64,000 nucleotides of DNA from Rubrivivax sp. (GCA_016790425.1 JAEUPF010000095.1:10170-74169); one strand, 5' to 3'; counted from the stretch's first letter, positions 42,633 to 52,524 are shown. Numbers and translations: made by a program. Notes: a model not told the origin generated them from the sequence alone.

Positions 42633-43646
42633 CTATGCCGCCATCGGCACCAGGAAGTCGCGGCTGATGCCCACGCCGAGGTCGTTGACGCGGTCGAGGA
42701 ACTGCGTCAGGTACGCGTGCAGGCCGGTGGCGAGGATCTCGTCGATGCGCCCGTACTGCAAGTCGCTTTGCAGCCGCCCGGCACGGCGGCGCGTCTCGTT
42801 GCTTTGCGGGTTGGCCACGCGCTCGAGGTTGGCCACCACCTCGTTCATGCAGGCGGCCAGCGAGCGCGGCATGTCGGGCCTCAGGATCAACAGCTCGGCC
42901 ACCAGCTCGGGCCGGATCACGTTGCGATAGACCTTGCGGTAGATCTCGAAGCCGGACACCGAGCGCAGGATCGCGCTCCAGTGATAGAAGTCCACTTCCA
43001 GGCTCTCCTTGCCTTCGCGGCCGCTTTCCTTCGCCGTGCCATGGCCGTTGCCGCCGGCGTTGCCGCCGCTGCTGCCGAAGTAGTCGCCGGCCAGCGCGTG
43101 GAACTTCACGTCGAGCAGCCGCGCGGTGTTGTCGGCGCGCTCGAGGAAGGTGCCGATGCGCAGGAAGTGCAGCGCCTCGTCCATCAGCATCGTGCCCACC
43201 GTGACGCCGCGGCTGAGGTGCGAGCGGAACTTCACCCACTCGAAGAACGCCGCCGGGTCGCGCTCGAGTTCGCGCCCGGCGAGCATGCGGTTGAACTCCA
43301 GCCAGGTCTGGTTCTGCGTCTCCCACACCTCGGTGGTCAGCGCCCCGCGCACGGCACGCGCGTTCTCGCGCGCGGCGCGCAGGCAGCCGGTGATGCTGGA
43401 CAGGTTGCCTTCGTCGCGGACCATGAAGTCCATGACGCTCCTGGCGTCGACGCGCGGGTAGTGCTCGGCGAAGACGCCGGTCAGCTCGCTGATCGACAGC
43501 AAGCCGCGCCAGCCCTGCTCGGCCGCGTCGGCGCTTTGCGGCAGCAGCGAGGTCTGGTAGTTGACGTCGAGCATGCGCGCGGTGTTCTCCGCGCGCTCCA
43601 TGTAGCGGGCCATCCAGAAGAGATGGTCGGCGGTCCTCGAGAGCAT
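42633..43646 (-). CDS. Alpha-E domain protein (DUF403)
   Basis: MLSRTADHLFWMARYMERAENTAR, ARENAR, GTFLERADNTARLLDVK, PRSL. Confidence 0.93.
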   Translation of the reverse strand: MLSRTADHLFWMARYMERAENTARMLDVNYQTSLLPQSADAAEQGWRGLLSISELTGVFAEHYPRVDARSVMDFMVRDEGNLSSITGCLRAARENARAVRGALTTEVWETQNQTWLEFNRMLAGRELERDPAAFFEWVKFRSHLSRGVTVGTMLMDEALHFLRIGTFLERADNTARLLDVKFHALAGDYFGSSGGNAGGNGHGTAKESGREGKESLEVDFYHWSAILRSVSGFEIYRKVYRNVIRPELVAELLILRPDMPRSLAACMNEVVANLERVANPQSNETRRRAGRLQSDLQYGRIDEILATGLHAYLTQFLDRVNDLGVGISRDFLVPMAA

Positions 43647-43699
43647 CTTCTTCCTTCCCTCCGCGCCCGGGCTTCGCTCGGGCCCCGCCCGAGCCTCGC

Positions 43700-45163
43700 T
43701 CAAGCCTCCAGAACCCAGGTGTCCTTGGTGCCGCCGCCCTGCGACGAGTTGACGACCAGCGAGCCTTCCTTCAGCGCCACGCGCGTCAGGCCGCCGGGCA
43801 CCGTCTGCACCGTGCGGCCCGACAGCACGTACGGGCGCAGGTCGATGTGCCGCGGCGCGATGCCCGCCTCGACGAACGTCGGGCAGGTGGACAGCGCCAG
43901 CGTCGGCTGCGCGATGTAGTTCTCGGGCCTTGTCTTCAGCACGGCGCGGAATTCCTCGATCTCGGCCTTCGTCGCCGCCGGCCCCACCAGCATGCCGTAG
44001 CCGCCGGCGCCGTGCACTTCCTTCACCACCAGCTCGCCGAGGTGGTCCAGCACGAACAGCAGGTCCTTCGGCTCGCGGCACAGGTAGGTCGGCACGTTGG
44101 CGAGGACGGGCTTCTCGCCGAGGTAGAACTCGATCATCTTCGGCACGTACGGGTACAGGCTCTTGTCGTCGGCGATGCCGGTGCCGATGGCATTGGCCAG
44201 CGTGATGTTGCCGGCGCGGTAGACGTCCAGCAGCCCGGCGCAGCCGAGCGTGCTGTCGGCGCGGAAGACCTTCGGGTCGAGGAAGTCGTCGTCGACGCGG
44301 CGGTAGATCACGTCGACGCGCCGCGGCCCTTGCGTCGTGCGCATGTAGGCGAAGCCGTCGCGCACGAAGAGGTCCTGCCCTTCGACGAGCTCCACGCCCA
44401 TCTGCTGCGCGAGGAACGCATGCTCGAAGTAGGCGCTGTTGTACATGCCCGGCGTCAGCAGCACGACCGTGGGCTCGTTGACGCCGGCCGGCGACACCGT
44501 GCGCAGCGTCTCCAGCAGCAGGTCGGGGTAGTGCGCCACCGGGGCCACGCGGTGCATCGCGAACAGCTCGGGAAACAGGCGCATCATCATCTTGCGGTTC
44601 TCGAGCATGTAGCTCACGCCGCTGGGCACGCGCAGGTTGTCCTCGAGCACGTAATAGGTGCCCTCGCCGTCGCCGCTGCCGGCGCGCACGATGTCGATGC
44701 CGGCGATGTGCGAGTAGACGCCACCGGGCACGTCGACGCCCATCATCTGCGGCCGGAACTGCGCGTTGTTCAGCACCTGCTCGGCCGGCACGACGCCGGC
44801 CTTCAGGATCTCCTGCCCGTGGTAGACATCGTGGATGAAGCGCTGCAGCGCGTTGACGCGCTGCACGAGGCCGGCCTCGAGCCGCGCCCACTCCGCGCCG
44901 GGGATCACGCGCGGGATGAGGTCGAACGGGATCAGCCGCTCCGTTCCCGCACCCTCCTCGTCCTTGGCACCGTAGACGGCGAAGGTGATGCCGACGCGGC
45001 GGAAGATGACCTCGGCCTCCTCGCGCCGGCTCTTCATCACGTCGCCCGGCTGGTCGGCCAGCCACTGCCGGTAGGTGCGGTAGTGGGCGCGCGTGTTCTC
45101 CAGCGGCGGCGCGCCGGCGCTGACGCGGGCCGCGAGCAGCATCTCGTCGAAGGGGTGCTTCAT
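43700..45163 (-). CDS. Circularly permuted type 2 ATP-grasp protein
   Basis: ERLIPFDLIPR, LEDNLRVPSGVSY, YRRVDDDFLDP, HIDLRP, GGLTRVAL, NSSQGGGTKDTW. Confidence 0.95.
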   Translation of the reverse strand: MKHPFDEMLLAARVSAGAPPLENTRAHYRTYRQWLADQPGDVMKSRREEAEVIFRRVGITFAVYGAKDEEGAGTERLIPFDLIPRVIPGAEWARLEAGLVQRVNALQRFIHDVYHGQEILKAGVVPAEQVLNNAQFRPQMMGVDVPGGVYSHIAGIDIVRAGSGDGEGTYYVLEDNLRVPSGVSYMLENRKMMMRLFPELFAMHRVAPVAHYPDLLLETLRTVSPAGVNEPTVVLLTPGMYNSAYFEHAFLAQQMGVELVEGQDLFVRDGFAYMRTTQGPRRVDVIYRRVDDDFLDPKVFRADSTLGCAGLLDVYRAGNITLANAIGTGIADDKSLYPYVPKMIEFYLGEKPVLANVPTYLCREPKDLLFVLDHLGELVVKEVHGAGGYGMLVGPAATKAEIEEFRAVLKTRPENYIAQPTLALSTCPTFVEAGIAPRHIDLRPYVLSGRTVQTVPGGLTRVALKEGSLVVNSSQGGGTKDTWVLEA

Positions 45164-45184
45164 GCGGAAGGGAACCTCTGGCCT

Positions 45185-46225
45185 TCAGGCCGAGTGCAAC
45201 GAACGTGCCAGGTCATCGCCGCGATCATCGTCCTCGGCGGGCGACAGCGCACGCACCTGCACGGCCACCCGCAGTTCGTGGCGGCCGCCGCCGCGGATCA
45301 CGCCGCGCAGCGGCGCCACGTCGCCGTAGTCGCGCCCGATGGCCAGGCGGACGTGCCCGCTCGCCGGCACGATGTCGTTGGTCGGGTCGAGGTCGAGCCA
45401 GCCGGCGCCGGGGCCGTCGGCGGGGACGCCCGGCGTGCCGGGGCACCACGCCTGCACCCAGGCGTGCGATGCGTCGGCACCGAGGAGCGGCACACGGCCC
45501 CCCGGCGCGTCCGGCGGCGCGGTCAGCAGGTAGCCGCTGACGTAGCGCGCCGGCAGGCCGGCCCCGCGCAGGGCCCCGATGAGGATGTGCGCGAAGTCCT
45601 GGCACACGCCGCGCCGCGCCGCCAGCGCTGCGGCCAGTGGCGTGTCGACCTGTGTGCTCGCGCTGTCGTAGCGGAACTCGGCATGCAGGCGGTGCATCAG
45701 GTCCAGCGCCACGGCAGCGACGGCGCGGCCCGGCGCGAACGAGGGCCGCGCCCAGGCGAGCAGCTCGGGCAGCCGCGGCACGTAAGGCGACGGCGGCACG
45801 AACTCCACCGCCGGCTCGAACGGCGCCCCGGCCACATAGCGCAAGCGCGCTGCGATCGCCTCCCACGGCGGTCCGGCTTCGCGTTGCAGCGCATCGAAGC
45901 GTGCCAGCAGCCGCAGGCGGCTTGCCGCCTGCACGCGCAGCTGCTGGTGCGGCTGCGCGACGCTGAAGTGCGTCTGCGCGTTGCCGAACGCGTCGCGGCT
46001 GTCGCGGCGGAAGGCCGGCGCGGGGTCGATGCCGATCGCATGCGCCATGACCTGCTGGAAGGCATCGGCCAGCGGCTGCAGATGCGCCTGGTGCTGCGCC
46101 AGCGACACCGCACTCGCGTAGCGGTAAAGCGTCTCGTGGCGGACCTCGAGCGCCACCCAGGCCGGCGCGCCCGTTGTGGCCGGCGCCGCAGGCAGGCGGT
46201 CGTCCGCCGCGCTCACCGCGCTCAT
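45185..46225 (-). CDS. Transglutaminase-like protein (bacterial N-terminal domain + core)
   Basis: HETLYRY; GVCQDFAH...ARYVSGY...ASHAW...DPTN...GRDYGDVAP. Confidence 0.93.
   Translation of the reverse strand: MSAVSAADDRLPAAPATTGAPAWVALEVRHETLYRYASAVSLAQHQAHLQPLADAFQQVMAHAIGIDPAPAFRRDSRDAFGNAQTHFSVAQPHQQLRVQAASRLRLLARFDALQREAGPPWEAIAARLRYVAGAPFEPAVEFVPPSPYVPRLPELLAWARPSFAPGRAVAAVALDLMHRLHAEFRYDSASTQVDTPLAAALAARRGVCQDFAHILIGALRGAGLPARYVSGYLLTAPPDAPGGRVPLLGADASHAWVQAWCPGTPGVPADGPGAGWLDLDPTNDIVPASGHVRLAIGRDYGDVAPLRGVIRGGGRHELRVAVQVRALSPAEDDDRGDDLARSLHSA
45195..45210 (-). promoter_or_regulatory. Sigma-54 -24/-12 promoter TGGCAC-GTTCG-TTGCA
   Basis: Perfect consensus match, 31 nt upstream of the ATP-grasp start at 45163, inside the 3' end of the preceding gene. 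Confidence 0.8.
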
Positions 46226-48909
46226 ACCCGCCGGTCCTCGCCGTGGGCGAGGTTGAAGTAGCGCTCGCCGACCTCGTTGGCCAGCGCCGCGGCGGCGTTG
46301 GCGAGCTCGCTGGCGAGCGCCTGCAGCCGCGCGGCCACCTCCGTCTCGGTCAGGCCACGCAGGTCCTCCAGCGTCAGGCCGGCGCCGCTGGCCGGCAGCC
46401 AGGCCGACAGCGGCCGCGCGGCGCCGGCCCCGGCGGGCTCGGGCAGCTTGCCGAGTTCGGTGCGCAGCCGCCGCAGCACGCCGGCCAGGCTGCGTGGGTT
46501 GGTGCTGTCCAGCACCAGCAGCTCGGTCAGCGGCAGCAGGTCTTCATGGCGCTGGTAGCGGGCGCGGAAGGTGATCAGGCTGTCGGCGAGGTCGAGCAGC
46601 AGCTCCACGCCCGCGGCGTGGCCGAGCGCCTGCGCGCCGAGGAAGCACTGCCAGCGCGTGGCCAGGCCGATCAGCCGCTCGATCAGCCGGCCCACGGTGA
46701 GCAGCCGCCAGCCGTGGTCGCGCGTCATGCGGTCGGTCTGCGCGCCGGTCACGGCCGCCAGGTGCAGCGCCAGCGCGTCGAGCGCAGCCAGCACCCGCGC
46801 CCGCGAGGGCAGCTCGTGCCCGGGCGCGGCGCGCGTGCCCTCCGCGAACGCCTCGCGCATCTGGCGGATCAGGCCCCAGTGCTCGCCCGACAGGCGCTCG
46901 CGCAGCGCCATCGAAGCCTGCTCGAGCGCGCGCAGGTCGAAGGCGATGCCGCAGGCGCCACCGGCCGCGTTCGCGTCGCCGATGGCCGCCAGCACGGCGC
47001 GCTCGAAGTGGTGCGGCGAGCGGTCCAGGCCGGGCACGCCCGCAGGCGCCAGGCCGGTGCGCACCGCGATCTCGCTCAGCGCCCGCAGCTGCGCGGTGCC
47101 GGCGTCGCCGTCATCGCTGGGGTCGCTGGCCGCATCGGTCAACGCGAGCACCACGCGCGCCAGCCGCACGAGCTGCTCGGTGCGCTCGGTGTAGCGGCCG
47201 AGCCAGAAGAGGTTCTCGCCGGTGCGGCTGGCGACCGGCCGGCGGCGCAGCGCCAGGTCGTCCACCGTGAGCTTGCTGGCGAGCATCGAGAAGGTGTCGA
47301 CGGCGCCTTCGGTGAGCACCCAGGTGTCGATGCTGGCGCCGCCGCGCTGCATCGAGATGCTCTCGCGCCCATCCTCGGGGTTGCGGCCGGCGACCCGCGT
47401 CATGCCGCCGGGCAGCACGTGCCAGCGGCCGGCGGCGTCGGCGATGGCGTACACGCGCACCACCGCCGGGCGCAGACGCACCGCATTGGCGCCCCAGGTC
47501 GGCGCATGCGAGAGCGCCAACCGGGCCTGCAGCGTGAAGGCTTCGGGGTCGGCTTCGATGGCGGCGGTGTCGGCAGCGACGACGCGCGAGGTGCGCACGC
47601 CGCTCGGGTAGGTGCTGCGGACGACGAAGTCCGCGAACTCCGATCCAACCGAAGCGACCGAACCGCCGGCCGCGCCGCGCTCCCGCCGCCCGGGCACGCC
47701 CGCGAGGCGCCCGCGCACGTCGGCCCAGGCCGCCGCCTCGCCGCACCACCAGCTCGGCAGCGCCGGCAGCGCCAGCTCCTGGCCGAGCAGTCGGCGCGCG
47801 ATGGCGGGCAGGAAGCCGTTCAGCGCCGGCGTTTCCAGGAAGGCACTGCCCAGCGCGTTGGCCATCACCACGTTGCCGCAGCGCACCGCCTGCAGCAGCC
47901 CGGGCACGCCGAGCGCGGAATCGGGCCGCAGCTCCAGCGGGTCGCACCAGTCGTCGTCGACGCGGCGCAGCACGCCGTGCACGCGCTCGAGCCCTTCCAC
48001 CGTCATCAGGAAGAGCTGCTCGCCGCGCACCGTGAGGTCGCCGCCCTCGGCCAGCGGCAAGCCGAGATAACGCGCCAGGTACGCATGCTCGAAGTAGGTC
48101 TCGCTGTACGGGCCCGGGGTCAGCAGCACGATGCGCGGCGTGCCGCTGCCGCCGGCCGTCAGCGCCGTGGCGCGCTGCTCGACGCTCGTCAGCAGCGCCC
48201 GGTAGCTGCTGGCGATGTGCTGCACGCGCAGCTCGCGGAAGGCCTCGGGGAACTGGCGCGAGATGACGAGCCGGTTGTGCAGCACGTAGCCCGGCCCCGA
48301 GGGCGCCTGCGTGCGCTGCGCCAGCACGCACCAGCGGCCGGCGGCGTCGCGGCCGAGGTCGAAGGCGACGATGAACAGGCGCTGGCCGCCGGCCGGCACG
48401 CTGCCCGCTTCAGGGCCCAGCAGCGGCCGCAGCCAGCCCGGGTGCCGCCACAGCAGCGCCGGCGGCAGCAACCCCTCGTGCAGCAGGCGCTTGGGTCCGT
48501 GCAGGTCGGCGAGCATCGCCTCCAGCAGCGCGGCGCGCTGCGCGATGCCCGCCTCGACGACCGACCAGTCGTGCGCCTCGATGAGGTGGGGCAGCAGTTC
48601 CAGCGACCATGGCCGCGCCGAGGTCGCGCCGCTGCCGCCGTCGCCGAACACGTTGTGCGTCACGCCGTCACGGTGCAGCTGCTGCGCCACCTGCGCCACG
48701 CGCCGGTCCAGCTCGGCGCGCGCTGCGGGCGTCGCCGCCATCTCGGGCACCGCGGCGACGAAGCGCTGCCAGGCCGGCCGCAGATGCCCGGCGGCATCGT
48801 GCAACTCGTTCCAGAACGTGCCGCCCACGGCAGCGGCATCGAGCACGCTGGGGGAGGCCGCGGCAGGACCGTCCGCTGCGGCCGGGGCCGCGGCGGTCCA
48901 CGGGTTCAC
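46222..48909 (-). CDS. Circularly permuted ATP-grasp fused to alpha-E domain
   Basis: TQAPSG, ETYFEHAYLARYLG, RRVDDDWCDPLEL, PGGMTRV, then ENLFWLGRYTERTE and GRLIER alpha-E motifs. Confidence 0.93.
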   Translation of the reverse strand: MNPWTAAAPAAADGPAAASPSVLDAAAVGGTFWNELHDAAGHLRPAWQRFVAAVPEMAATPAARAELDRRVAQVAQQLHRDGVTHNVFGDGGSGATSARPWSLELLPHLIEAHDWSVVEAGIAQRAALLEAMLADLHGPKRLLHEGLLPPALLWRHPGWLRPLLGPEAGSVPAGGQRLFIVAFDLGRDAAGRWCVLAQRTQAPSGPGYVLHNRLVISRQFPEAFRELRVQHIASSYRALLTSVEQRATALTAGGSGTPRIVLLTPGPYSETYFEHAYLARYLGLPLAEGGDLTVRGEQLFLMTVEGLERVHGVLRRVDDDWCDPLELRPDSALGVPGLLQAVRCGNVVMANALGSAFLETPALNGFLPAIARRLLGQELALPALPSWWCGEAAAWADVRGRLAGVPGRRERGAAGGSVASVGSEFADFVVRSTYPSGVRTSRVVAADTAAIEADPEAFTLQARLALSHAPTWGANAVRLRPAVVRVYAIADAAGRWHVLPGGMTRVAGRNPEDGRESISMQRGGASIDTWVLTEGAVDTFSMLASKLTVDDLALRRRPVASRTGENLFWLGRYTERTEQLVRLARVVLALTDAASDPSDDGDAGTAQLRALSEIAVRTGLAPAGVPGLDRSPHHFERAVLAAIGDANAAGGACGIAFDLRALEQASMALRERLSGEHWGLIRQMREAFAEGTRAAPGHELPSRARVLAALDALALHLAAVTGAQTDRMTRDHGWRLLTVGRLIERLIGLATRWQCFLGAQALGHAAGVELLLDLADSLITFRARYQRHEDLLPLTELLVLDSTNPRSLAGVLRRLRTELGKLPEPAGAGAARPLSAWLPASGAGLTLEDLRGLTETEVAARLQALASELANAAAALANEVGERYFNLAHGEDRRV

Positions 48910-51900
48910 GCCGGCCTCCGCAGGTCGAGCGTGAACGGCATCTCGAGGCTGCGCTCGGCCGGCTGCACGTCGACGCGCCCGGGCGTGTGCCCGAAGCGGA
49001 AGAAGCGCGCCAGGCGCCGGCTCTCGGCCTCGTAGGCGTTGACCGGGAACGCTTCGTAGTTGCGCCCGCCCGGGTGCGCCACGTGGTAGCGGCAGCCGCC
49101 CAGCGAGCGCGCCATCCAGGTGTCGACGATGTCGAACGTGAGCGGCGCGTGCACGCCGATCGTCGGGTGCAGCGCCGAGGGCGGCTGCCAGGCGCGGTAG
49201 CGCACGCCGCACACCGCCTCGCCGACGCGGCCGGTGGGTTGCAGCGGCAAGGGGCGGCCGTTCACCGTGACGACGTGGCGGCTGTCGACCAGGCCGCTCA
49301 CCTTGACTTCCAGCCTTTCGAGCGACGAATCGACGTAGCGCACGGTGCCGCCGGCGGCGCCCTGCTCGCCCATCACGTGCCAAGGCTCGAGCGCGTTGCG
49401 CAGCGTGAGCTGCATCCCCGCCACCGCCACGTCGCCCACGAGCGGGAAGCGGAAGCCCAAGTGCGGCGCGAACCACGCGGCGTCGAAGGCGAAGCCGGCC
49501 GAGCGGAGATCGGCGATGACGTCGTCGAAGTCCATCTGCACGAAGGTGGGCAGCATGAAGCGGTCGTGCAGGCCGGTGCCCCAGCGCGCGAGCAGCGTGG
49601 CGCCGCGGCCGCCGCCGCGCTCGAAGGGCCGGCGCCAGAACCAGGCTACCAGCGCGCGCAGCAGCAGCTGCTGCGCCAGACTCATGCGCGCGTGCGGCGG
49701 CATCTCGAAGGCGCGCAGTTCGACCAGGCCCAGGCGCCCGGTGGGGCCGTCGGGCGAGTAGAGCTTGCTGATGCAGAACTCGCTGCGATGCGTGTTGCCG
49801 CTGACGTCGACGAGCAGGTTGCGCAGGGTGCGGTCGACGAGCCAAGGCGGCAGGCCCGCCGGCCCGGCGAGCGCGGCCTGCCGCCGCAGCTCGGCCAGCG
49901 CGATCTCGACCTCGTACACCTGGTCGCCGCGCGCCTCGTCGAAGCGCGGGTGCTGGCTCGTCGGGCCGATGAACAGGCCGCTGAAGAGGTAGCTCAGGCT
50001 CGGGTGGTTGTGCCAGTAGGCGATCAGGCTGGCCAGCAGGTCGGGCCGGCGCAGGAACGGGCTGTCCGCCGGCGTGGCGCCGCCGAGCACGAAGTGATTG
50101 CCGCCGCCGGTGCCGGTGTGGCGCCCGTCGAGCATGAACTTCTCGGCCGCCAGGCGGCTGGCCTGCGCCGCCTCGTAGAGGAACTCGGTGTGGTCGACGA
50201 GCTCGGCCCAGTTCGACGACGGATGGATGTTGACCTCGATGACGCCGGGGTCCGGCGTCACCTGCAGCAGCTTCAGGCGCGGGTCGCGCGGCGGCGGGTA
50301 GCCTTCGAGGACGATCTGCACGCCGAGCTCAGCGGCGGTGGCCTCGACCGCGGCGAGCAGCTCGAGGTAGTCCTCGGCGAGGCGCAGCGGCGGCATGAAG
50401 ACGTAGAGCACGCCGCTCCTGCCGGCGAGGCCGGCGAGGCCGGCGAGGCTTCCGGCAGCCCCCTGCGCGCTCGGACCGTTGGCCCGCTGCGGGTCGCGCA
50501 CCTCCACGCACAACGCCGTGCGGGTGATGTTGTCGGCGCTGGCGAACCGCTGCGGCGCGGCGAGCGGGCTGCGCGCCGAGGGCACCGCACGGTCGTGCTC
50601 GGTGCCCATGCGTTCGACGCCGGGGCCGGCGGCGATCGAGACGGTGCCGAGCCAGGCGAGGCCTGCGTTGTCGGGCTCGACGCTGCCGGGCGCCGCAGCG
50701 CCGCCGCCCACCCGCTGCTGCATCCGCATCGCCGCCGCCGATGGCAGCTCGGGCTTCGGCGCGAACGGGTCGGCCTGCGCGAGCGAGGGCTGGTCGCCGC
50801 GCGCAGCCCACGGCAACGAATCGAGCGGCAGCCGCCAGCCCATCGGCGAATCGCCGGGGATCAGATACAGCCGCTCGTCGCGCAGGAACCAGGGCCCCGT
50901 CATCCACGCCGGCCCGGCCAGCCCCACTTGCCACTCGCGCCTCAGCGGCAGCACGTAGCCCACCGGCGCATCGAGCCCCTGCGCGAAGACGCGCGCCAGG
51001 CGCGCGCGCTCGAGCTCGTCGTCGAGCCGGGCGTCGAACGGGTCGACGTTCACCGGCAGCCGGCGCTCGCGCCAGAGGTGGTACCAGGTGTCCTCGTAGC
51101 CGGGCTGCACCCAGCGGTCCTGCAGCCCGAGGCGCCGCGCCAGCGTGCGGATGAAGCGCTCGGCGTCCGCCACGGTGTGGTGGTGCGGCTGCCGTTCGTC
51201 GGCGAACAGGCCGGGGTCGACCCAGCAAGGTTCGCCGTCCGCGCGCCAGCAGATCGACAGCGCCCAGCGCGGCAGCTGCTCGCCCGGGTACCACTTGCCC
51301 TGGCCGAAGTGCAGGAAGCCGCCGGCGCCGTACTTCTCGCGCAGCCGCAGCACGAGCTCGGTGGCGAAGCCGCGCTTGGTGGGGCCGAGCGCGTCGGTGT
51401 TCCACTCCGCCGCGTCGCGGTCGGCCACGGCGACGAAGGTCGGCTCGCCGCCCATCGTCAGGCGCACGTCGGCGCGCTCGAGCTGCTCGTCGACCGCCTG
51501 GCCGAGCGTTTCGATCGAGCGCCACTGCTCTTCGCTGTACGGCCGCGTGACGCGCGGGCTCTCGTGGATGCGGCTCACCTGCATGTGGTGGCTGAACTCG
51601 ACTTCGCTTTCCCCGACGAGGCCGCTCACCGGCGCGGCGGTGGTCGGCTCCGGCGTGCAGGCCACCGGGATATGCCCCTCGCCGGCGAGCAGGCCCGAAG
51701 TGGGGTCGAGGCCGATCCAGCCGGCGCCGGGCAGGTACACCTCGCACCACGCGTGCAGGTCGGTGAAGTCGTGCGTGGCGCCCGCGGGGCCTTCCAGCCC
51801 CTTCACGTCGGGCTTCAACTGGATCAGGTAGCCCGAGACGAAGCGCGCCGCCAGCCCCAGGTGGCGCAGCGTCTGCACGAGCAGCCAGCCGCTGTCGCGG

Positions 51901-52439
51901 CACGAGCCGCGCGCCAGCGCCAGCGTCTGCTCCGGCGTCTGCACGCCCGGCTCCATGCGGATGACGTAGCCGATCTCGCGCTGCAACCGCTGGTTCAGCG
52001 CGACGAGGAAATCCACTGTGCGCTGCTCGTTGCGCGCGATGGAGGCGACGAACTCGGCGAAGCGCGGCGTCAGCTCGCCGCGCACGAGGTAGGGCACGAG
52101 GTCGTGCGCCAGTTCGGGGGCGTAGCGGAACGGGTACTTCTCGGCCTCGGGCTCGAGGAAGAAGTCGAACGGGTTGTGCACCGCCATCTCGGCCACGAGG
52201 TCCACCGTGACCTCGAACTCGCGCGTCTTCTCGGGGAACACGAAGCGCGCGAGGTGGTTGCCGAACGGGTCCTGCTGCCAGTTGACGAAGTGCTCGGCCG
52301 GCTGCACGCGCAGGCTGTAGGCGAGGATCGCCGTGCGCGCGTGCGGGGCCGGGCGCAGGCGCACCACCTGGGGGCCGAGCTGCACGCGGCGGTCGTAGCG
52401 GTAGCGCGTGACGTGGTTCAGCGCGACATGGATCGACAC
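48906..52439 (-). CDS. Transglutaminase fused to DUF2126 putative amidoligase (COOH-NH2 ligase)
   Basis: GSCRDSG...LHAWCEVY...GLDPT; LTMGGEPTF, TPDPGVIEVN, GTGGGNH, GNTHRSEFC, VELRAFEMPPH, PFTLDLR. Confidence 0.93.
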   Translation of the reverse strand: MSIHVALNHVTRYRYDRRVQLGPQVVRLRPAPHARTAILAYSLRVQPAEHFVNWQQDPFGNHLARFVFPEKTREFEVTVDLVAEMAVHNPFDFFLEPEAEKYPFRYAPELAHDLVPYLVRGELTPRFAEFVASIARNEQRTVDFLVALNQRLQREIGYVIRMEPGVQTPEQTLALARGSCRDSGWLLVQTLRHLGLAARFVSGYLIQLKPDVKGLEGPAGATHDFTDLHAWCEVYLPGAGWIGLDPTSGLLAGEGHIPVACTPEPTTAAPVSGLVGESEVEFSHHMQVSRIHESPRVTRPYSEEQWRSIETLGQAVDEQLERADVRLTMGGEPTFVAVADRDAAEWNTDALGPTKRGFATELVLRLREKYGAGGFLHFGQGKWYPGEQLPRWALSICWRADGEPCWVDPGLFADERQPHHHTVADAERFIRTLARRLGLQDRWVQPGYEDTWYHLWRERRLPVNVDPFDARLDDELERARLARVFAQGLDAPVGYVLPLRREWQVGLAGPAWMTGPWFLRDERLYLIPGDSPMGWRLPLDSLPWAARGDQPSLAQADPFAPKPELPSAAAMRMQQRVGGGAAAPGSVEPDNAGLAWLGTVSIAAGPGVERMGTEHDRAVPSARSPLAAPQRFASADNITRTALCVEVRDPQRANGPSAQGAAGSLAGLAGLAGRSGVLYVFMPPLRLAEDYLELLAAVEATAAELGVQIVLEGYPPPRDPRLKLLQVTPDPGVIEVNIHPSSNWAELVDHTEFLYEAAQASRLAAEKFMLDGRHTGTGGGNHFVLGGATPADSPFLRRPDLLASLIAYWHNHPSLSYLFSGLFIGPTSQHPRFDEARGDQVYEVEIALAELRRQAALAGPAGLPPWLVDRTLRNLLVDVSGNTHRSEFCISKLYSPDGPTGRLGLVELRAFEMPPHARMSLAQQLLLRALVAWFWRRPFERGGGRGATLLARWGTGLHDRFMLPTFVQMDFDDVIADLRSAGFAFDAAWFAPHLGFRFPLVGDVAVAGMQLTLRNALEPWHVMGEQGAAGGTVRYVDSSLERLEVKVSGLVDSRHVVTVNGRPLPLQPTGRVGEAVCGVRYRAWQPPSALHPTIGVHAPLTFDIVDTWMARSLGGCRYHVAHPGGRNYEAFPVNAYEAESRRLARFFRFGHTPGRVDVQPAERSLEMPFTLDLRRPA

Positions 52440-52494
52440 CGGTGGGGCCCCTCGGAAGTGATTCGTTGTGGTTCTTCGCTGCGGGCGGGATTCA

Positions 52495-52510
52495 TGCAAG
52501 TGCCGGGCCA
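52495..52510 (-). promoter_or_regulatory. Sigma-54 -24/-12 promoter TGGCCC-GGCAC-TTGCA
   Basis: GG-N10-GC with correct flanks, 55 nt upstream of the first gene of the cluster. Confidence 0.75.
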
Positions 52511-52524
52511 GCGCGCCGCGGGCT

